Source of the DNA: Yuukianura sp. NJ FZ-2021
Taxonomy: Eukaryota
Direction of reading: 5' to 3'
Length of the DNA: 64,000 nt
NCBI GenBank assembly: GCA_046563655.1
Contig: CM102289.1
Location: 9,858,001 to 9,922,000 of the forward strand
Positions 13,164 to 26,500 of the stretch are shown piece after piece. The first letter of the stretch is position 1. Each line of letters starts with the position of its first letter. The position numbers and the translations under genes were made by a program. The notes beneath the pieces were generated by a model. The model worked only from the letters and a program-made list of their open reading frames with translations, was not told the origin of the DNA and searched no databases.

Positions 13164-14452
13164 TCAATTAGTTGGCACTTGCTTTTGCTGTTGCAAGTCT
13201 CTGAAAACTGGCAGAGATTTGACAAAGTCCCACCTTTTGTCAGGCTCTGTGGCCAAGTAATCGATGAAATGCTGAGAGTATTTGGTTGTGCTGGTTCGGG
13301 GCAAAAGGTCACGCCAAATATGAGTCTTCCAATTGATCCCAAACTCCTCCAGCAGTTGACAAATTACATACTCATCCTATCAATGAAACCATTAAGTTAG
13401 CTCAAGTATTTTGAAAGTTAATTGAGCACAGATCGTACAATTTGTGGAAGCGGACGTGGAGGTTTGTGCAGTAGGTTGTCCGGGGGCAGTACCAAGTTTT
13501 TGAGAATGAATACTCCGCGAATCGCAAACCATCCTCCATGACACGGATGAATGGCAACTCCGAAAAGTTTCTGTTCAAAACGAGGACATAAATCGGTTAA
13601 TAAACTTGGTTGACTCGAAGATTTTAGTTTAATTACTTCCGTACCGAATCCTTGAGCCAATTTGGAGAGTTGTTATTGACGCGATCTTTGTGGAAGTATT
13701 CTGCTGCCCCTGCAACATGTGAGGCCGTTTGTACTAAAACTTTTGGCTTCCGACTCGGATGCATCTCAAAGTCATGGATTGCTTCCACCTCGAACTTTTG
13801 CTCAGCAAGCTCCTAAAAATAAGAAATCTAACCTTAAATCAATGAATAGGGAATCGAAATCTAATGCTCAAACTAACGTCTGAGAATTGCTTGAAGACGT
13901 GTTTCATGCTTCCGTCCAAGACATCGTACTTCCGAAGCTCTAAATCGTTGTAGTGAGACTTGACAAATGGAATGATACATTTCTCAAACGTATCTGGACC
14001 ACTGATGATAACAAGAGCCACTGTGTTTTCGTGGAAGTCAAGCTGAAATCTTGGACCAACCAAGTCGTTGTACCATCCAACCTGGAACGAACACAAAACA
14101 AATGAATCATCAACAACCATGAAATGCTTGCGTTTACTTACATGAAATGGATGTGCTTCGAATCCTACAGGGGTCAGTACTCTTGACACCGCTGTTTCTA
14201 GTGCTGGCCACCGACTCAACTCCGACTTCTGGAAATCGTAATCCGAACGAAGGCAATCCTTAGAATTCTCTTCACATTCCGCAACGCCTGGCTCCCGTTC
14301 ATCTCCATCGCCGGATAATTTGGAGTGCCCCTTACAAATACAAAAATGACATTTTATTAAAACACAACAAAAAATCCGCTAATCGTATACGTAATCGTAT
14401 CACGATTAGCTCAAGATGTCAAGGTCAAGGTCAACATTACCTTTGGCTGCAT
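13164..14452 (-). CDS. MMACHC: Cobalamin-processing protein CblC (methylmalonic aciduria and homocystinuria type C homolog), multi-exon
   Basis: Spliced product MQPK|GHSK...GFEAHPFH|VGWYNDLV...DFEMHPSRKPKVLVQTASHVAGAA...[16 protein letters not shown]...WRD...*. Matches recalled CblC motifs ([46 protein letters not shown]). ATG 14450-14452, TGA 13164-13166. Confidence 0.92.
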
Positions 14453-15787
14453 TCTCTTGAGCAGAGGATGTGCTATTACAGAATTAATCGAATCACTAAC
14501 TAATTAACTTTACTCGCCCTAAGCTTCAATTTAGAATTTAAAATTGCGAGTGTTTTTTGGAATGAATTTTTAGGAGCGTATGATTTTCCCGCCTTCCACT
14601 CACTTTCACTCTCACTCTCAACAAAGCGTCGGTAGTTTTTTATAGCCACCAAATCAATTTCACTTTCCAAACAACCAATTTAATTGTTCAACGTTTACTC
14701 ATTTTGTTTATAATTAAGTTTAACTCTATTGAAAACATAATTAAAAGTAAAACGATTCTAAATACATAGGCATTTAATGGTATAACATTTATGCCTGTGT
14801 AATCTTCATTAAAAAACAGCACTGGTTACTAAAAATAAGTATCCCAAAGGAAGTCCACCATTTTTAGTAGAATGTTAAAGAATTTTAAACATTGCAGAAA
14901 GATTCCGTTCACATCTTGTTGAATTTCTGGGAAAATTGTTCAGTAAAAATTTCCATATGAGTTATTACGGATGCCGTTATGAATTGAAGAACATTGATAT
15001 CAAAAAGTACATTGACATGACATGCCCGTGGTTTGTTCAGTTGAATTTGGATTTTGATAATTGTGGGGTCATGCTTCAGCCATCTCAAGTCACCAGTGAC
15101 AGCTCAAGAATTGGCTAGAATTTATTAACATGTCTTTGCAAAAAAAGAACAACTAAATTTAACTTTTAGTACTTCTGTTTCGTAGGAAAACTAAAACTAA
15201 GTTTTGAGTGTGTTGAAGTTGATTTAGTTAAAGTGAACAAATGGACAAGGCCAGACACAGGGACACTTTGACCAATTCTGAATCGCTGCTGCACTAGCGC
15301 TGCTAACCACAACTTACCACAGAAGTCTCAAGTCCAAGATAACACTTTAATTTTTTCTCAAAGTCAATTTTGGCAAAGTGTCTAAATCATTATGGTCAGC
15401 ATTTAGTCTAAATTTGCCCAGTCTATAAAAATTAGGTGCGTCAATCTTTAATTCCAGGATAAAAGTGACTAAAAGTGTTTACGACTGCGCTGAAACAATA
15501 AGCATATCAAAGTCATTGTGTTTATTTTGACATGTCCAAGGAAAGTATTACTAATTTGGATTATAAACTTGGTCACGAGCAGTTCTAAACTTCACTTTTT
15601 CTGTTAAACTCGTCATGAAATGACAAATTTTAAACGAAATTTCAAAGTGTGACTAATGGATTAGTGCAAAAAGGTGCATTAATTGTAGAATTGGATTTGG
15701 ATAATCATATCAGCAATCAAATCCAACTTATTAAAAAGTTACGCAAGCACTCTTGACTTTAATTGTTGCTACAAAGCAACTCTGTGC

Positions 15788-18148
15788 ATGAAAAAAATGG
15801 ACTTTAATGCCCAGCTGATTTCAGTTGTAGTGGTTGAGCCACCGCAAGAGGAGGCTGACCCCGAGAGGTCATCTGTCCAAGGTCATTGTCCTGGCAGCCA
15901 AACCCACCAATCACATCACAGCATTCATAATCAACACCAATCAGATCACGCCACTCAAAATTATCCAATCAGCGAAAAGAAGCGTGGAAGTTTAAAATCA
16001 AGGAGATCAAATTCAAAAAGTTCCCGCTCTCCGAGTCCTAGCAGAGTGACATTTTCAGACGGAAAGGTCACTGACCCTACCATGTCCCCCTCTAAGAATT
16101 TAGCACAAAGTAGCAACACTGACAATCCGTCGTATCCCACCGGAATTAAAATTGAGTCGTCAAATCACGTGGTATTTAGTGGCATGAGTCGCTTGAACCC
16201 ACCGCTGCTGGCGGGACGTCAAACGTGCTCCGCCCCACCAAGCCCCACCGCTGGAAGCAAACAAAATCATACTCCGGGTCCGGGTAGCACTATAACGAAT
16301 ATTGACAGCAAGGTAGAACTATATATTATATATTATATATATTATACATATTTTATACTATTATGTATTTATTTGTATTGATACCAAGTTAAGAAGATGG
16401 ATTAGTTCCAAGTATGGACGCGTTCGGAAGCGCGTAATTTTCAAAAACGGAGACGTCAATTTACACCAAACTCACATTTCCAAAAGGAGAAGACGATATC
16501 TCAAGGACATCTTCATCACGGTAATATTTCAAAAATTTTTTCAAAATCCGAAATTTTAAAATTTCTAAACTTTTTGTTAGCTCGTTGATATCCAGTGGCG
16601 TTTTACACTTTTAATCTTCACTCTGAGCTTCCTTTTGTCTTGGCTGCTATTTGCCGTTGTGTGGTGGGGCATCGGTCAGCTCCACGGAGATCTTCTAGCC
16701 GAAAACATCCAGAAAATGAAGATGGACCCACCACAATTTAAGCCTTGTATTCAAAATTTTCATGGTTTCACGTCAGCATTCCTCTTTTCAATTGAGACGC
16801 AACATACAATTGGATACGGATTTAGATTCATCACGGGTAAGTTGAAAACAAAAAGTTAATTTTCAGTAAAGAAATTTCGAAATTTTTAGCAAAAAAAAAT
16901 ATTTTTTTTAACAGAGGAATGCCCGTTCGGAGTTCTAATGATGTGCTTCCAAAGTGTCGTCGGAGTTTTCATTCAGGTGAGTAACCTTCTAGACTTTCAC
17001 AATTTTCATTATTTTTTTTTATTGAAATCTGCACAATTGCATGCTCAACAGGTTCAATCTTTGCGAAATTCTCTGTAAACTTTATACAAAATTTCAGTTG
17101 CACTGATTAGTTAACAAGAGTAATCAGTGCGACTAAAATTCTAAAGTGGAGAGATTACCTAACACGTTTTATTAATCCATGTGAACCTTTTTATTGAAAA
17201 GTGATGCATAGAATTGTAAGATTTAAAATTCTAAAAGTGTGGAAGACATTTATAATTAGTCTCTGTTGTTTGACCTTGCGTGACCTCTTGAATGTTGAGC
17301 TTTGTAGGCCGTCATGGTGGGCGTCATTTTTGCCAAACTGTCAAGACCTAAGAAGCGGACGGAGACGATCGTGTTTAGTCGGAACGCCGTCGTGTGTCAA
17401 CGGGACGGTCAACTTTGTTTGATTTTTCGAGTTGGAGACATGCGCAAATCCAGAATCATTTCAGCCACCGTGAGAGCACAGATTATCAGGCAGAAAGTGA
17501 CGAGGGAAGGGGAAGTGCTGCCGTACTACCAACACGAACTAAATGTCGGCGTCGACGCAGAGCAGTCCAGCATTTTCTTCATCTGGCCTGTCATGGTTGT
17601 CCACAAAATTGACGCAGACAGTCCACTGTATGGCATGTCAGCCGATGACCTCCGACATGAACAGTTTGAAATTGTCGTCATTCTGGAGGGAGTGATCGAA
17701 ACTACTGGAGCAACTACACAAGCTAGGTACTGAGCAAAAGTTGATGAAATTGACGTTGAACTAATATCTGTTTCTGCATTTTGACCTTAGGTCGTCGTAT
17801 TTGCCAACTGAAGTGCTTTGGGGTCATCGCTTTGAACCGATGGTTTCATTTAGAAAAGAACTTGGAGAATACACTGTGGACCACACTGTATTTAATTCCA
17901 CTTACGAAACGGACACGCCCACTTGCAGCGCCAAGGAACTGGATGAACTGAATCGCATTCAAGCGGAAATGAGAAAACAAGGTCACTTTATTTTTAGCAA
18001 ATGACCTTCGATAACCTCAGAAATTATGATAAAGTTTACTAAACTTTAATTAAACTTGGCTAAAACTTTTCTTTTTCTAATTTCAGCAAGCAACCCGCTT
18101 TTGGCTCAGTTTCATCGTCCTTCGATCGCCCATTTTGTTTATCCTTGA
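15788..18148 (+). CDS. Inward rectifier potassium channel (Kir/Irk family), multi-exon; N-terminal start uncertain
   Basis: [36 protein letters not shown] (selectivity filter), [53 protein letters not shown]. Last exon 18087-18148 ends in TGA. Confidence 0.93.
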
Positions 18149-18532
18149 CCTCGTATCGAAAATTATACAGCGCAAAACGGTTCTACTGTAAAGCGGTTTT
18201 GGTGGAGGGAGTAACTACGACAGTTTGCAGCATGTTCAAAATTACTAAAGATGTAAATTTGCTCCATTAGTCTTTCACTGTGATCAATTTATTTTACAAA
18301 AACTAAAATAAGTTCAAAGGTCAGCATGTTTTGGGAAATAAATATTTTTAAATGTAATCGAGGTGAGACAAAAGTGATACCCCAAATCCTCGCCTATACC
18401 ACGAAGTTTATTTTAATCAAATAAAACAAAATAAAAATAAAAGTCTCCGGGAATAAATATTTTCTTATTGCTTGTGCATGTGTTGAAGCACAGAAAATAA
18501 TGGCGTTTTTCAAAATTTTGAACAAAATTGAA

Positions 18533-19813
18533 TCAATTTAAGAATTGGCGTAAAGTGATACAGTTACTGATGACTGACTGAACAATGAAGTGATTTTGTT
18601 TCGGCAGGGTTTGACGATCCACGAAATAGTTTGAGCCGCAATAAATTTTGACTGGCGGCGACGCACGTTGAATTCTGGCGACGAGTGGGCCATAGCGTGA
18701 CTGTTTTTCTGCTCTAGTTACTCCCTCTACTTTCCAGCCATGGATGTACTTGGTGGATGCTGTGGACACTGCTTGTGCGCAGAGCAGCAGCACATTGTTA
18801 AATACAATGACTACCACCGACGCTCCGACGATCATGCATGACAGGGGTGCGGCTCCCCTGAATATACATAGTGTGAACCCAATTGACGCAACGCCCTCTA
18901 TCACCAACTGAATGCACAACAGTGGTGCACTGAAAACTTCGTTCATCACTCCCGTCAAAATGTAACAACTTTTGTACTTTAGTGTTTTTTGATTAGCGGC
19001 AAAGGAGAAGCACATCTCTGATCCAACGTTGCGTGACTTTGAAATACGCATGATCCAAATCCGCAAGTAGTACACAACAGGTAGGATGAACATGATGTAT
19101 TGACTCCATTTGTACAGTGTAAAGCCCATGTTGAGCCAAAAGTGAGCGAGATGCAACACTGCGACGATGTATCCGACGATTCTGCCGAAAAGGTGACAGA
19201 CCAAGGTGAGCTCGCTTGAGTAAAAGGCCAGAGGGATGGTGACCATTAGTCCGACAACGGATATCACAGAATTTTGAAACAAAAAGTCGGAAATGATGTT
19301 CAGAAAATGAAGCTCCTTTTGTGTCACATGGTAAGTGTACGCTGTAAAAAAAACAATTCAAATGACTGTTAAGCTTATTTTTAAAAGAACATTATTCTAT
19401 TTCTTGATACGGTATACGCCGTGAAATAGGGTAACTTTTTTTTTAGTTAACTTACTTGGTTTAGAATTGCAGAGTTTGAAAAATGCATTAAGTAGTTGTG
19501 CTGTTTCTGTTCCCCTTCGGATGCAATTGTAGTCGAACATCAAGTTAAGTAAATTTGGTGCGAGAAAGAAGATGAGAATAAAAGTAAAATCAAAATTGAA
19601 GTTGGATTTCCAGTTGTACGTAGCCAGGAAGATATTTACAAAGAAAACGGACAAATCTGACACAAAAATTATTCTGGACATGACACGGAATTTGAGCGAA
19701 TTGTCCACTGCAAACTCTGATTTCTTTGGATTCCATTTCAAGGGAGACTGGAAAGTGGAGAAGGCACAGTGGACGCAATGGTGCAGATTTTTCAAATATT
19801 TCGCAGATTTCAT
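18533..19813 (-). CDS. Divergent 7TM gustatory/odorant-receptor-like chemoreceptor, two exons (~390 aa)
   Basis: Exon 19813-19456 and exon 19341-18533 join in frame through a GTAAGT..TTACAG intron. Several hydrophobic segments. The C-terminal PPVKIYCGSNYFVDRQTL..FIVQSVISNCITL resembles the TM7 region of GR-superfamily receptors. Family assignment is by pattern only. Confidence 0.6.
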
Positions 19814-20590
19814 TTTTGTGGAGATCCAAATTTTGAAATGGTAGTAAACTTTTCCTGTTTGAAATGTTAAGCTTTTTAATTTTTTGGAAACCCGCTGAAT
19901 ATTTCAAAAGAAAGTTGGAATTACCATCCCCCTGTTAATAATTTATTTTGGCAGTCCCATTTTCTAAAAAGTCAAAAGTGGAATTTGGAGTTTTTCAGAT
20001 AAGAAGAGTGAAGAAAAACTTCTTAAAGAATGTCAATGTCGGTATGTAGTAAAGTCGTTATTTATTAAAATCCAGAGCTACCAAGAGTAGTTTCAAAATC
20101 CAATTTTAAAAAAATCCTCATTTCCTTTAAAAATTTAACTTTTAAAAAATTCTGGACGGAACGGGTATTTTGAAATTTTTGAAGGCTCTGGGCGAAGTTC
20201 CAGTGAGCATGTGGAGCAATGTCGTGTATAAAATAAAACATAAAAAATAAAATTTGAAAATGCCCAACTATGCATGAGAGGGTGAAGTGATTGGTGGCGT
20301 AGCTTTTAGTCAGACCGTGTTTTATCACCAAGAAAAGTTTACTTTGCAAAAAAGCAACTACGCGTAGTAAATTGCTTTGTTGTTATTCAGCAACTTTTAT
20401 GTTCCATTTTTTTCCGTCTTTCTTCCAATTTGTGTCGTAAAATTCTAAGTTTTTTTCTGCATTGGGCCCTTAATTTTGAAAACGTTTGGGAGTAAATTCC
20501 AGCCTCAGCGAGAGAGCTGCTGCTGAGCTCTTTTTGGAGAGTTTAGGCTGGAGGGACCTTTGACCTCGGGGGGAATCGTTGGTCATCATC

Positions 20591-23500
20591 ATGTGGAACT
20601 ACTCATACTGGACAGAGAACTTCAACAAGAGAATATGCAAGTACCTTATTCAACGATATCTTGGGCAGTACCTCCAGGAGAAACTGACCTTGGATCAACT
20701 CACTATCGATATCTCAAGTGGAACAGGAAATGTACGAAATGTATCACTCGATTGCTGCGTAAGTTCCTTCTAAATTAAAAATTTTGATTTTTAGATTCAA
20801 TGAACACTTTTATAAGAGATTTTTTATTTATTTAGGCACTCAATGTACTGGCGGAAGAGCAGGCTCTGCCTATCGAGTTCATCGAAGGTCACTTGGAGTG
20901 CATTTCACTGTCGATTCCTTGGAAGACGTTGATGCAAGATAGCTGTGAAATCGAAGTGAGTGGAATGACGATCACAATTCAACCGAAGAAGAGGAGAGCT
21001 ACTAATTCCGTCTTTGACTCAATGTGGACAAGCATGGCCTCCAGTATTCAACTGGCTGCTGCTGACTTTCTGCAAACAGTGGATGACGATTCTGTGAGTA
21101 CTTCTCCACCGCCGGAAGGAGTCAACCCAATTCCTGGATTAGAACAGTGTGCACAAGCTATCGACGCAGGTAAGCTGACATTTTTTTTTTAAATCTTTAA
21201 AAAATTTTTAGAAAATGTAATTTCATTTTTGCATGATTTTGAATTTTTGATTTTAGTTTTTGCGAGGGGCAAAGTTTGTTTTCGAAATACAACTATTCGT
21301 GTACAACACTTATTTCCGAAGGGGGACACCTTCGGAGTGGCCGTCGAGCTTCGAATTAAACTGTAAATCTAAAATAAGGTTTCCGATACAGAAAGTATTT
21401 GTGACCTTTGACCTTATCGATTTCTTTTTTAGGTTGAGTTATGCTGATGAGATTGCTGAACCGACCGAGACACAAAGGAATTACAGCACTGCTTACTCTG
21501 AGAAGAAGTTGATTCTGGATGGTTTATCGTGCTATACGGATGTCTTTCAGTTAAATTTCCACAGTCCATGTCAAACTACAAGGAATGGAGACGATTCGGA
21601 ATCAGGCAGTTCAGAAGAAGTAATTCCGTTTTAAAGTTAGAAATTTACATTAATCAGCTGTTTAATTTTTCTTATTTTTTCTGTAGGAGGATGTGCTGCA
21701 ACCAGTAGAAGATAATACGACAGTCCAGTGTGCTAAATTTGCCGGGAGGCATACTGTCAAGATTCGGATAAAAGAGGATGATACGATAGCTGGGCCGCAG
21801 GTACTAATGCGTATTTTTTAGCATAAAAGTAATTCAGAATTCTTGAAAAACTTTTTTTCTTGTTTAGTTCATCGTAGAGTGTAACTTTGGTTCTTTGATT
21901 GCGTTCCTCTCTCCTCTCCAAGTCCACATCCTTATGAAATTAATGGACGAATTCATTAATCCCGAAACCACACCGTCCAGGTAGCACAAATTTAAGTTTT
22001 AAATAATCGATTAACGATTTAGTTGGACTACTGGATTAGCTAATGTGTAATTTGTTCTATTTTTAGCAAAGAGGCGTGGCTAAAGGCTGTCAAAGAGAAA
22101 CCAATGGACACTTTTGACTTTCGACGAGTTGAAGAAGAACTGCAAGAACAAATTAAGCCAGCAGGAATCGGACTTCCAGGGCTCCAGAGACAACAGGGAT
22201 GGTCTTCAGGAACGTTCGGTATGTCTACAAATATTTCACTGAAAATTAAAATGTCAAAGGTCAATTTCAATTTTTCTTTGATTTTAGATGACAGCGACGA
22301 TGAATTTCTGCCTTTCAAGTCCAAAAGCGGCATGTTTAGCAGCGTACATTCCACAATTATGAACATGTCTTCTACTTCCGTCGCATCTTCCACAGGAGAA
22401 TCTGAAAGTATTTACTCAGCTTCAACTTCTAAACTCAACGGAAGTCCATCGGATTCCCAAAAATCAAGAGGTGAGTTTCATGTTTACTTTTCAATTAGTA
22501 ATTGAAGTCAAAGCTACTATGCATTACAGGCCTTAGTGTTTCTCAAGCACCGTACAACACTGAAAAAACTGTGTCTGTTTCGATGGCGAGTGTTGTTGTG
22601 ATTCTGCTTCATGACGATCACATTGACATCTCTAAATCCATTCATGCTGGAAGTTCAGATGAACTTCAAAAACTTGCTGATGACTTTTTCAGAAAAGTTG
22701 GTCTGTTTAGTATGGCTTCTGGAAAACGGAATGTGGATGGCATGAGAGAAACTCTCAATAGTTCCTGCTCCTCCAATCACTTACGGTAAATCATTCTAAC
22801 TAACAACTAATTGATATTTAAATTGTTAAATTGTTAACTATACATTGATGTTAAACATTTTGCTTCACTTTATAGCCTTACAGCAGCTCCAGTCAAAGTA
22901 TCAGCAACAACACTAACTGAACCTGTCGTCCTCACTAACGGATATGTCGCTCTTGGTCACGTGGAACTAATAGAGTTTCTTGGTGACAAAAGTTCAACTA
23001 CTGGCCCAATTTCCAACAATTGCATTCAGGTAAGCTTTTCTTTGTATTAAATTCTCGTGATTTAAAGATTTTTGTTTTCATTTGTGATGTTTAGGTTGTG
23101 ACATTTCCAAATCAGCTGGAGTTTACAAGCGTGGAGGCCGTGCGGATTGAGTTCAAATACAAAGCTTACTCCGAAAGAGCAACTAAAACGACACTCAAGT
23201 AAGATTGGCTACATTAACTGGTTAATCAGCTGAGCTGATTACTAATTAAATTAACTTTTGACTAATTAACTTCCAGAGTCCATCTTCAGCCCTGCTTGGT
23301 AGAAGTGGACATCTCACTAATCGATAGAATCAATGCCCTGTTAGTTCCCAAACTATTCGACTATGCTCAACAAACCAATTCTGAATTCGGGAAGACAAAC
23401 AACACTGGGAGTCAAAATGCGAGTCAAAACGTTGTCATGGTCAAAGTGGATGCGGATTCTGCAGTAGTCAACTTCAGGTTCCCCATTCCAGACTTAAGGC

Positions 23501-26500
23501 CTCCTGGAGAGTTCGGAAAAACTGCATACTGGGTGCGAAATATACGAAGTGACTCAATTATTCTCAAACTGAAGGGAATCAAATTCTCCACCACCATCAA
23601 CTCAACTGTCCAAGTGCTGGAACTGGACACGGTCTCCGAAGAAGTCAAACTATTTTATAAAGAAAGTGAAGAAGATGAGCCTATTTTCATTGGAGAAGCG
23701 ACGTCTTTTGACGATGACCTGGAGAGTCTGCAGATGACAAGAAAAGGATTTGATTGGCCGAGAGTTGTGGTGTGGATTTATCCAGAAAAAATGTCGCCTT
23801 CATCCGTAGTTCCTGCGACCACTGACGAAACGGATCCACTGGAAGCTTTTCTACCGCAAAATCCAAAGGAAACTTCTCCATTTACTTCCAGGAGAGTAGT
23901 TCATGAATGCACGACATCAAGCGGAAACAACTCAGATACTGACAGTAAGAAACTTATTCTGGTAGTTTTAAAGTTTTTTGGAAATGTGTTTTGAAGTTTT
24001 TTGAAACGGCGTTTTGAAATTGCAAATAGATGAGAGTGTGATCCCTGGAGACCGATCGGAGATGAATCGGTTTATAGAAACTGCTTCTAGAGATGTCATA
24101 TATAAAGTGGAAATGAACTTACGCTGTGTTACAGTCTCGCTTCCGTCCAAACACATCTTCGAAGAGATGTACAATCGGTAAGTTACTAAATATTGGTAGA
24201 ATTTTTGGAAATATTTCTTGAAATTTGTTTTGTGTTTTTGCTTTTTTAGATTCGGAACTGATTTACTTTTATGGGAACCTTCTGCTCCGAAGAGATCACC
24301 GAATGGATTGAAAGAGAATATGTTTCATGAGTTTAAAACTATGCTAAACAGGCACAGGACTGACGATCGTATGTGACCATTTCTAAAATTGAACTGTGAC
24401 ATTGGCATCGAAATTGAAAATCTTTATGATTTTTAGAATCTGGATCAGAGGATGAGGAAGAAATCTCTGCGTTTTATACTCCAAGTCAACCAAACAGTTT
24501 GTTTAAAAAGTTGGTACAACGAAGACCCCAGACAGGTCAGAGTCAGGTCACGATCAACATTGCTATTGAAAAGGGCGTTTGCTCATTCTACGCACCTTTC
24601 ACAGTAAGTTTCCTCGACTGCGTATTAATTATTGTTTTACTTTTGATTTATTTGCTTTTTTGGGATTTAGAACACGACTGGAGGCGTTGTTCCAGAACAG
24701 AAAGGACAATTTAGCATCACGGTTGACGAAGGAAACGTTTTTGTGGTTTCTGGGTACAACGGAAATTCCACTCTGGGCTACGTCTGTGTTTTTGCAAAAG
24801 AAGCTGAACTCTATCATTTAGGTAAAACATTCATTTCTATTTTAAATCGCTACTTTTTTTAAAATATGTTTTTGGAATTTAGATTTGATGAGAGGAGGAG
24901 ATGCTTCGCCGCGTTTTGGACAACACGTGAAGAGAACTATTTATCGCAGCGCAGACTCTGTTCTGAGTGCTACTTCGCATCTACCTGCCATGGACTACGC
25001 AGACATGCTTTCAGTTGCGATCAAAATTGAACGTGATGCTGCTAAAAACGTTAAAACTTTTAAAGTTGCTGTGAGTGTAAAAGACGGGACGCTGAATCAC
25101 ACTGTTTGGCTTCCCAACCGATCTTGGTTTACCCAATTGGTGGATTTCTTTGATGTGCTGGACACTCCGGTTCTTGGCTACACTCCTGCTGTCGTCGTAA
25201 CGGAACTCCACTTGCATTTATGGAACTGCGCAATCGATTACGCGTGAGAATTAAAGCACAAAAGTTAAAAGTTTGAAATTTTCAAAAATTCTGATGTTTT
25301 TGAATTTGTTTGCAGACCACTGAATTTGCCTCTTCGTGTAATAGTTGCAATTGAAAACTTTGCTTTGAGCAGCAACATTGTGGCCCAAAAGAACATGTCT
25401 GTGATATCCTTTCTAGCCGAACAAACTGCTCTGTTTCTGACGACTAATCGGAACTCTGTTGACTTGAAGACTGACTACGTGTGTGTCCTGGACATGGACT
25501 TATTCGAGTTGTCACTTCGTCTCTGCCAAAATAGAGCAAGTACTGCTCCACGCATTGAGTTGACAGCGTCCAACAATGTACTTCATATTAGAACTTGCAG
25601 TGACTCCTTCAAGCACATGTAAAGTTTAAATATTTTATCATCTCCTTCATTGTATGTATTTTTATGTTATATTTTATATTCTTTTATTGTATAGTTTGGA
25701 TCTAATCACATACTATGCCAATGATGGAGATTTGAGCGACCCCCAGAGTGGAAGTGACCTTGGAAGTAGAGACTGTACGCCTATTCCGGAAGATGTGAAC
25801 TTTGAGCCTGCTCTGATTGACACTGCAGAGTGCATGGACACTGTCAACAGGATTACGATCTCCCAGACGGAGCAACTGCACGAACTTGTGGCCGATGCCA
25901 TGACGGAAACTAATTTGGAACGCTCAAGCAGCAGTAGATCTCTGGACAACGATACCCGCTTCGGTGGCAACAATTTTGGCACTGTTGAACTGCATTTTGA
26001 AACAAACGGACATGAGGAGAGTGACATGTCCAGGATTCCTGGAAGGACTCAGCTACCAACTTACTATGATCCCATTATGCAAAGTTCAGATGGACTCCCA
26101 GTTGATATTAATCCGGACGATGACGACTATGAAGAGTTCTGTATACTGGAGGATGATCCTGGAGTTGGAATATTGGTAAGTATTTAGTATTTATTTAATT
26201 AATAATTGAGGTGAGATTACAAGTTTGTTTTTAAAATTTTAGAAGTCAAATGGAGAACCTGTGGCAAGGGCGTTAACGGATGAGCCAATTAGAATGATTG
26301 AAAATTATTTCTCTGTTCCTATTGGACGTACTGACGTTCTGAAGGCACCGCGACACTATCCGAATGCCGTTATGATATACTCAATCAAGGACGTCGGCAT
26401 AGTTTGGTAAGTACTGGCATTAGTAATTAATTTACATACATGCTACGCATGCTTGCTGGGCTCCTCCCCATGCCTGATTTTATCATTCTAATTTTCTAGC

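Noticed and set aside
16313..16388. AT-rich Kir intron as a second AT-AC intron
   Set aside because: It lacks ATATCCTT and the U12 branch site; canonical GT..AG boundaries give the correct frame.
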